Assembly: GCA_019310825.1 (NCBI GenBank) | Contig: JAFDDO010000002.1 | Span: 1 to 35,514, forward strand | Length of the DNA: 35,514 bases | Direction of reading: 5' to 3' | Source of the DNA: Deltaproteobacteria bacterium | GTDB lineage: Bacteria; Desulfobacterota; Dissulfuribacteria; Dissulfuribacterales; UBA3076 | Part shown: positions 30,493-35,514 of the stretch, piece by piece | How positions within the stretch are numbered: position 1 is the first letter of the stretch | Layout: each line of letters starts with the position of its first letter | Program-made: the position numbers and the translations under genes | Notes under the pieces: generated by a model | What the model saw: only the letters and a program-made list of their open reading frames with translations | Database searches by the model: none | Told to the model about the DNA's origin: nothing

Positions 30493-32367
30493 CTTGACTG
30501 ACGGGAACAATCTCTGATCCGTATGAGGCAGGAACAGGCACGAGACATAATGTTCCATGAACCGAGGGCTATCGCTGAGGTCAAAGTGTGTCATCATCCG
30601 GGCGACCTCATACAGATCTCTTGTAACAGGCCACGAAACAGCCGAGGCCTTTGCCCCGAGAAGAGAGGTGTTGCCTGCAAAAAAGAAGCGGTCCCTTGGA
30701 ATATCAGGAAGCAGCCCTATGGTGATGGCCTGGCCAAGATCCAGATAACTTCCAAAATTGCCCGCCAGTATTACCCGTTCCAGATCTTCAAATCCCATAC
30801 CTACTGATTCCAGTAATGTATAATAGCCGGCAAACATGGCGCCTTTTGCCCTGATAAGATTCTCAATATCTGCCTCTGTGAATACAATATCCTGACCTAT
30901 GGAAGTAGATTCCTCCTCTATTAATACATATTCCCAGCCATCCCTGCCAAGGCGGACCCTCTCTGTCCCCAGGTCGTGATAAAGCTTTCCCTGCTGATCC
31001 AGCACACCTGCCATGAAAAGGCCTGCGAGCAGGCTGATTATACCTGATCCACATATTCCCTTGGCCTTTCTGCCCCCAATGGTCAAAACCATAGGTTCAA
31101 ATGTCTCGGGGTGTATGTGCACCACCTCAACTGCCCCTGTAGTAGCGCGCATACCGTGCTTTATCCCGCCACCCTCAAAGGCAGGACCTGCTGAGCAGGC
31201 TGCACAGGCCATCCAGTCCTGATTTCCAAGAACTATCTCTCCGTTTGTTCCTAAATCTATAAAGAGCGTAAGCTCCGGATGGTGATTAAGCCCCACGCCT
31301 ACCACTCCGGCCACGATATCTGCACCAACGTAACTGGCAACACAAGGGCCTAAAAACATGCGTACATGCTCCGGAACATTTATACCTGACTCCATGGCCC
31401 TTACCGGAGGAAACTGGGTTGCAACAGGAGTATAGGGTTGGGTCCTCAGGAAACGCGTCTCAAGTCCGAGAAGCAGATGAATCATTACTGTATTTGCAGC
31501 TATGGTAATGAAACTTAAGGCCTCCTTCTCCCGGCCCGTGTCTGAAAAAAGTTCCTCCATAAGCCCATTAAGACATTCAATTATCTTTTTTTGCAGCGTC
31601 TTAAGGCCTTCTTCCTTTCTTGCAAACTCTATACGGGAGATGACATCTTCCCCATAACTGATCTGCGGATTGTAATTGGATGCCTCTCCCAGGACCTCTC
31701 CGTTTCTAAGATCCACTAACTGCGCTGACACGGTAGTAGTCCCTATATCCACGGCCACAGCCAGATGCTGGCCCGTGGTATCGCCAGGCTCCACACGGAT
31801 AAGACGACGGACATCTTTTTTTGCGCCCTCCATCAAGCTCACCGTAACTCTCCAGTCATTGCTCCGAACAGATTCCGGCAAATTAAAAAGGACCTGGTTA
31901 TCTACTTCCAGTGAAATTGCCTGAAGCCTACCCTGAACAACTTCTCGTTTTAGCCTGTCAAGATCACTCGCACTGTCCTGAAGGCTTGGCTGAGGCAAGC
32001 TAATAACGTGTTTTCGCACTGCGGGATGCAGCTTCCAGCTTATGACATCGTCCTGGGCCTTGATCCAGGATGCAGCCTTTCTGGCCGTCGGCCGTCTGAG
32101 AACTTTTCGGTCCACTTCAGACTCAACTGGTACACGGACCACCACATCTGAGACCGGAAAGGTGGCACAGGCCTTCCATCCCCCTTCCGGCAATGCCTCT
32201 CCCTGGACCTGACCTCGCTCCAGGAAAATGCGACACTTATTACATACCCCTGCCCCACCGCATGAGGAGTTAATATGTACTCCAGCCCTCATAGCTGCCC
32301 TTAGCAGATTTTCATCCTGATCTGCAATTACAGTCACGTTGGCTGGCAAAAAGGTTACATTAGGCAT
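30484..32367 (-). CDS. RACo-like reductive activase of corrinoid proteins ([2Fe-2S] ferredoxin domain + DUF4445/ASKHA ATPase)
   Basis: 627 aa. The N-terminal plant-type ferredoxin domain has CGGAGVCNKC. DIGTTTV and IDLGTNGE phosphate motifs of the ASKHA fold follow. The length matches RACo/AcsV-type activators. Confidence 0.8.
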   Translation of the reverse strand: MPNVTFLPANVTVIADQDENLLRAAMRAGVHINSSCGGAGVCNKCRIFLERGQVQGEALPEGGWKACATFPVSDVVVRVPVESEVDRKVLRRPTARKAASWIKAQDDVISWKLHPAVRKHVISLPQPSLQDSASDLDRLKREVVQGRLQAISLEVDNQVLFNLPESVRSNDWRVTVSLMEGAKKDVRRLIRVEPGDTTGQHLAVAVDIGTTTVSAQLVDLRNGEVLGEASNYNPQISYGEDVISRIEFARKEEGLKTLQKKIIECLNGLMEELFSDTGREKEALSFITIAANTVMIHLLLGLETRFLRTQPYTPVATQFPPVRAMESGINVPEHVRMFLGPCVASYVGADIVAGVVGVGLNHHPELTLFIDLGTNGEIVLGNQDWMACAACSAGPAFEGGGIKHGMRATTGAVEVVHIHPETFEPMVLTIGGRKAKGICGSGIISLLAGLFMAGVLDQQGKLYHDLGTERVRLGRDGWEYVLIEEESTSIGQDIVFTEADIENLIRAKGAMFAGYYTLLESVGMGFEDLERVILAGNFGSYLDLGQAITIGLLPDIPRDRFFFAGNTSLLGAKASAVSWPVTRDLYEVARMMTHFDLSDSPRFMEHYVSCLFLPHTDQRLFPSVKLD

Positions 32368-32545
32368 AATTAAACATCCTATTCCCTCACAACATTATCG
32401 ATTCTTCGATATTATTGACAGATTTGCACTACGTCCAGCAAATTCGAGTTTGTCTTCGGACAATGAATTAGTTCGTACCCTTCTTGCAAGAGCTTCTATA
32501 AGCATGATAGCATGGTAATACTATAAATTAAGGAGATCTGTGAGT

Positions 32546-33496
32546 ATGAAAATTCTTGTAACCGGCGGGGCAGGTTTTATAGGTTCAAATGTGACAGGTG
32601 CTTATATAGAGGCAGGTCATGAAGTTGTAGTGGTAGACAACCTGTATACAGGAAAACGGGAGAACCTGCATTCTGAGGCAAAATTCTATTTAATGGACAT
32701 CAGGGCCCCGGAGATACACAAACTACTGGAATATGAAAAGCCCGATGTGATAAATCACCACGCAGCCCAAATTTCTGTACCTGCCTCTGTGGAAGACCCT
32801 GGATTTGACGCCTCAGTAAATATCAAGGGTTTTATCAACCTGCTGGAAGGTGCAAGAAGGGTCGGGACACGCAAGATAATATTCATATCCTCGGGAGGGG
32901 CCATCTACGGAGAGGCTGAAGAGTACCCCACCTCTGAGAGCTATCCTCCGCAACCCCTGTCCCCTTATGCCATAGCAAAGGCAGTTTCAGAAAACTACCT
33001 TCACTTCTACGAGCACCAGTACGGATTGAACTATACTGTTCTACGATATGCCAACATCTATGGCCCTCGCCAGATACCTAATGGTGAGGCAGGGGTAGTA
33101 GCCATTTTTATGGACAGATTACTTGAGAATAAGCCTAACACTCTCTACCATTTTCCCTCTGAACCCGAGGGCATGATCAGGGACTACTGCTATGTGGGAG
33201 ATGTCGTTGAGGCAAACCTTCTTGCCCTTGAGGGGGGAAACAAAAAGGCCTTAAACATTGGTACAGGGAAAGAAACTAGGACCCAGGCCCTTTTTGAGAC
33301 CATGTTTGATGTAATTTCCAAAAAACGTCCTCTGAACAACTCTCTCAGGATACCAAACAGGACCTCTGCAAGACCGGGAGATCTTAAAAAAAGCTGCCTA
33401 AAGATAGATTTGGCTGAGGAGGTGCTGGGCTGGAAGCCCAAAACAGTTCTTTCTGAAGGGATTGAACGGACATTGGGCTGGAGAATAGACCAGTGA
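32546..33496 (+). CDS. NAD-dependent epimerase/dehydratase (GalE-like SDR)
   Basis: MKILVTGGAGFIGSN, a catalytic YxxxK (YAIAK) and an extended-SDR layout. I prefer ATG 32546 to the track GTG 32540. Confidence 0.9.
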   Translation: MKILVTGGAGFIGSNVTGAYIEAGHEVVVVDNLYTGKRENLHSEAKFYLMDIRAPEIHKLLEYEKPDVINHHAAQISVPASVEDPGFDASVNIKGFINLLEGARRVGTRKIIFISSGGAIYGEAEEYPTSESYPPQPLSPYAIAKAVSENYLHFYEHQYGLNYTVLRYANIYGPRQIPNGEAGVVAIFMDRLLENKPNTLYHFPSEPEGMIRDYCYVGDVVEANLLALEGGNKKALNIGTGKETRTQALFETMFDVISKKRPLNNSLRIPNRTSARPGDLKKSCLKIDLAEEVLGWKPKTVLSEGIERTLGWRIDQ

Positions 33497-33498
33497 AT

Positions 33499-33622
33499 GA
33501 TTCCGCTGAAGAAACCCAATCTGCGGCGTTGCTTCAATTTTCCAGTCACTGCGATGTACGATAAGTACTTCTCATTCCCGGAAAATTTCGCGCCTTGCAT
33601 CTCGGGCTTTTTGAGCGGAATC
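33499..33622 (-). repeat. 124-bp MITE-like palindromic element, family 1, copy B (inverted relative to copy A)
   Basis: See 28662-28785. It starts 3 nt after the epimerase stop codon. Confidence 0.9.
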
Positions 33623-33713
33623 ATATTTCATGGTCTTTGCAGTGTAATCAGTGAATGGATTTTATGTGTGGGTCTGTGGCTAAAAATTCAGTGATTGGGT
33701 ATTTTTTTCAAAT

Positions 33714-34991
33714 ATGAAACAGTCAATGGCAACTTTCAAAATAGGGATTTTCCAGTTTACTCCCATAGAAAAAGATATCCATTCCAACTGGAAAAAAATT
33801 GAATCCGCAACCAGTGAAATTGCAGGGGCTGGAGCGGAATTACTTCTACTTCCTGAACTATGGGCAACAGGTCCTCTCGGTGAAGCTGACAAATACCTGG
33901 CTCATGAAATCCCCGAACTCCTGTCCAAACTTAAAATTTTAGCAGAAACGAATGGAATCCACATAGTCGGTACACTTCCTGAATTAGCCACAGAGGAATC
34001 AGGAGAGAAACTCTTTAATAGTACCTATGTGATCGGACCTAATAATACGTTTCATACATATAGAAAGATCCATCTCTTTAGCCCTATGAAAGAGGACCAT
34101 GTCTTTAGTCCAGGGACTGATCCTGTTGCCCTTTGGATACCTCTTAGAGAAACCGAACCAGGGCTTGGCCTGATAACTTGTTTTGACCTGCGCTTCCCGG
34201 AACTTGTCCGTCATCTTGTATGTCAAGGAGTGGATTTAGTGCTCTTGTCGGCCCTGTGGCCACTTAGCCGAAGACACCACATGGAGCTCCTGATGGAGTC
34301 AAGGGCTATTGAAAACCAATGTTTTATGGCAGGTGCCAACGCTTGGGGCATGATTGGAAGCACAGAATTTGGTGGAGGTTCTAAGATCATAGGACCCCGT
34401 GGGGAAATCCTTGCCAAGGCCTGTGACGGAGAGACAATCATCTTGGCTGAGCTGGATATGAATGAGATATACTCCGCACGGCAGGACTTCTTTACTGCAC
34501 ATGCACCAAGGTCCTGGTGGCCCAAGGCTAATCCAAAGATACTGGGCCTGCCTTCCCTGAATATCGCGGTCAATCGAAGACGCAAGGCTGGCCAAAGGAT
34601 GGTTTTTACCAATGGATGTTTTGATCTCCTGCATGCAGGTCATGTCTCATACCTGGAGTCAGCCCGGCATTTGGGCGACTATCTAGTGGTAGGATTAAAC
34701 AGCGACAAATCAGTCAGAGAGATCAAGGGGCCGGAGCGCCCTATAAACAACGAAGCAATGAGAGCGCACGTGCTGGCTGGACTTGCCGCTGTAGACTATG
34801 TGGTAATTTTTAACGATTCTACTCCTTTAAACCTTATCCAGACTATTGTTCCAAATATTTTAGTCAAGGGGGCAGATTGGGAAGAAAAAGACATAGTAGG
34901 GGCCGAAACAGTAAAGAACGCAGGAGGCCATGTAGCCAGGATTCCATTTGTCCATGACATATCCACAAGCCGCCTATTAAAGTTAACATAA
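33714..34991 (+). CDS. fusion protein: carbon-nitrogen hydrolase (nitrilase superfamily) domain + RfaE domain II-type D-beta-D-heptose-1-phosphate adenylyltransferase domain
   Basis: The N-terminal 270 aa carry the Glu-Lys-Cys triad contexts (LLPELW, YRKIHLF, ITCFDLRFPE). The C-terminal 140 aa carry the cytidylyltransferase-fold motif FTNGCFDLLHAGH and the ...NSD.SV...KG..RPI... pattern of HldE/RfaE domain II. Confidence 0.8.
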   Translation: MKQSMATFKIGIFQFTPIEKDIHSNWKKIESATSEIAGAGAELLLLPELWATGPLGEADKYLAHEIPELLSKLKILAETNGIHIVGTLPELATEESGEKLFNSTYVIGPNNTFHTYRKIHLFSPMKEDHVFSPGTDPVALWIPLRETEPGLGLITCFDLRFPELVRHLVCQGVDLVLLSALWPLSRRHHMELLMESRAIENQCFMAGANAWGMIGSTEFGGGSKIIGPRGEILAKACDGETIILAELDMNEIYSARQDFFTAHAPRSWWPKANPKILGLPSLNIAVNRRRKAGQRMVFTNGCFDLLHAGHVSYLESARHLGDYLVVGLNSDKSVREIKGPERPINNEAMRAHVLAGLAAVDYVVIFNDSTPLNLIQTIVPNILVKGADWEEKDIVGAETVKNAGGHVARIPFVHDISTSRLLKLT

Positions 34992-34993
34992 CC

Positions 34994-35037
34994 GTTCAGG
35001 GTTCGGGGTTCACCGAAAATCTTAACCCTGAACCCCT
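34994..35037. repeat. family 3 hairpin (GGTTCAGGG arms) right after the stop codon, followed by short CTTTAAA(T/C)C repeats
   Basis: gttcagggtt (34994-35003) pairs with aaccctgaac (35024-35033). No T-run follows, so a terminator function is not obvious. Confidence 0.6.
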
Positions 35038-35514
35038 TAGCCTTTAAATCTTTAAACCTTAAATCTTTAAACTAGTGAATGGTATTAGAAATATGGTGAC
35101 AAAAAATTGTCATCTTTTACGTAAAATGCTTATTTGTGCCAAAATTTTGACTATAATTTTATTTTCTATAGTCTCACTTTAAAAGTATTAAGTTTCATCT
35201 CATCCATATTTTTGTAGCATTTCCATATTTACTTACTTACCTATTATCCGATTTTTTAAAGACATTTCTTATCTTAACCCGCAAAGCATTTCAAAAACGG
35301 CTTCAATAACTTAAAACTTTGTTTTTTTAATAAAAATATTTAACAATATGTGAGTTTGCTCTCGGAGCTTGATCGTTTCAAAAAAATACATGCCGCTCAT
35401 TGTAAAACGGAAGTAGCTATTATTTTATACTCCCTTAAGACATAAAGAGAATGCTTCTTCAGGCTTTTGGTACAAGTGTTGCGTGCTGCAGTATGGATAT
35501 AATTTGGTTGGGCA

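Overview
This 35.5 kb window looks chromosomal. Its gene content fits an anaerobic, selenocysteine-using Desulfobacterota-type bacterium. That placement is an inference from a sigma54 two-component pair, a multihaem cytochrome, a RACo-like corrinoid activase and two genes with in-frame TGA codons, and I cannot verify it here. The left third (1-9501, minus strand) is a tightly overlapping operon and is the best candidate for an undescribed system, possibly an unusual-lipid, ladderane-like or aryl-polyene-like pathway. It encodes two FabF/FabB-like ketosynthases, a CrtI-like FAD oxidoreductase, an ACP, a PlsC-type acyltransferase, a PaaK/LuxE/F390-synthetase-like adenylating enzyme, a SPASM radical SAM enzyme and a cobalamin-type radical SAM enzyme. 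After a repeat insertion there is a FabH-like KAS III gene that runs off the window edge. The rest of the window, in order, contains: a DUF1538-DUF1538-PII-CBS module; pyrB and pyrC split by a 287-bp hairpin cassette; an NtrC-type regulator with a PAS histidine kinase; a pentahaem cytochrome with an in-frame TGA; a YdbH-like AsmA-family protein with a YnbE/YdbL-like partner; a DsrE-like selenoprotein (in-frame TGA plus a SECIS-like GGUC hairpin) abutting queH; DUF2905, Rieske and SagB-type genes; a small accessory islet (deacetylase pseudogene, repeat array, yefM-yoeB); a divergent GalT-like protein; a RACo-like activase; a GalE-like epimerase; and a CN-hydrolase::RfaE-II fusion. Most of the long intergenic regions carry hairpin-forming miniature repeats from at least three families. 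Two of those families carry remnants of four-helix-bundle (23S rRNA IVS-type) protein genes. I recognised no rRNA, tRNA, CRISPR array or transposase gene.
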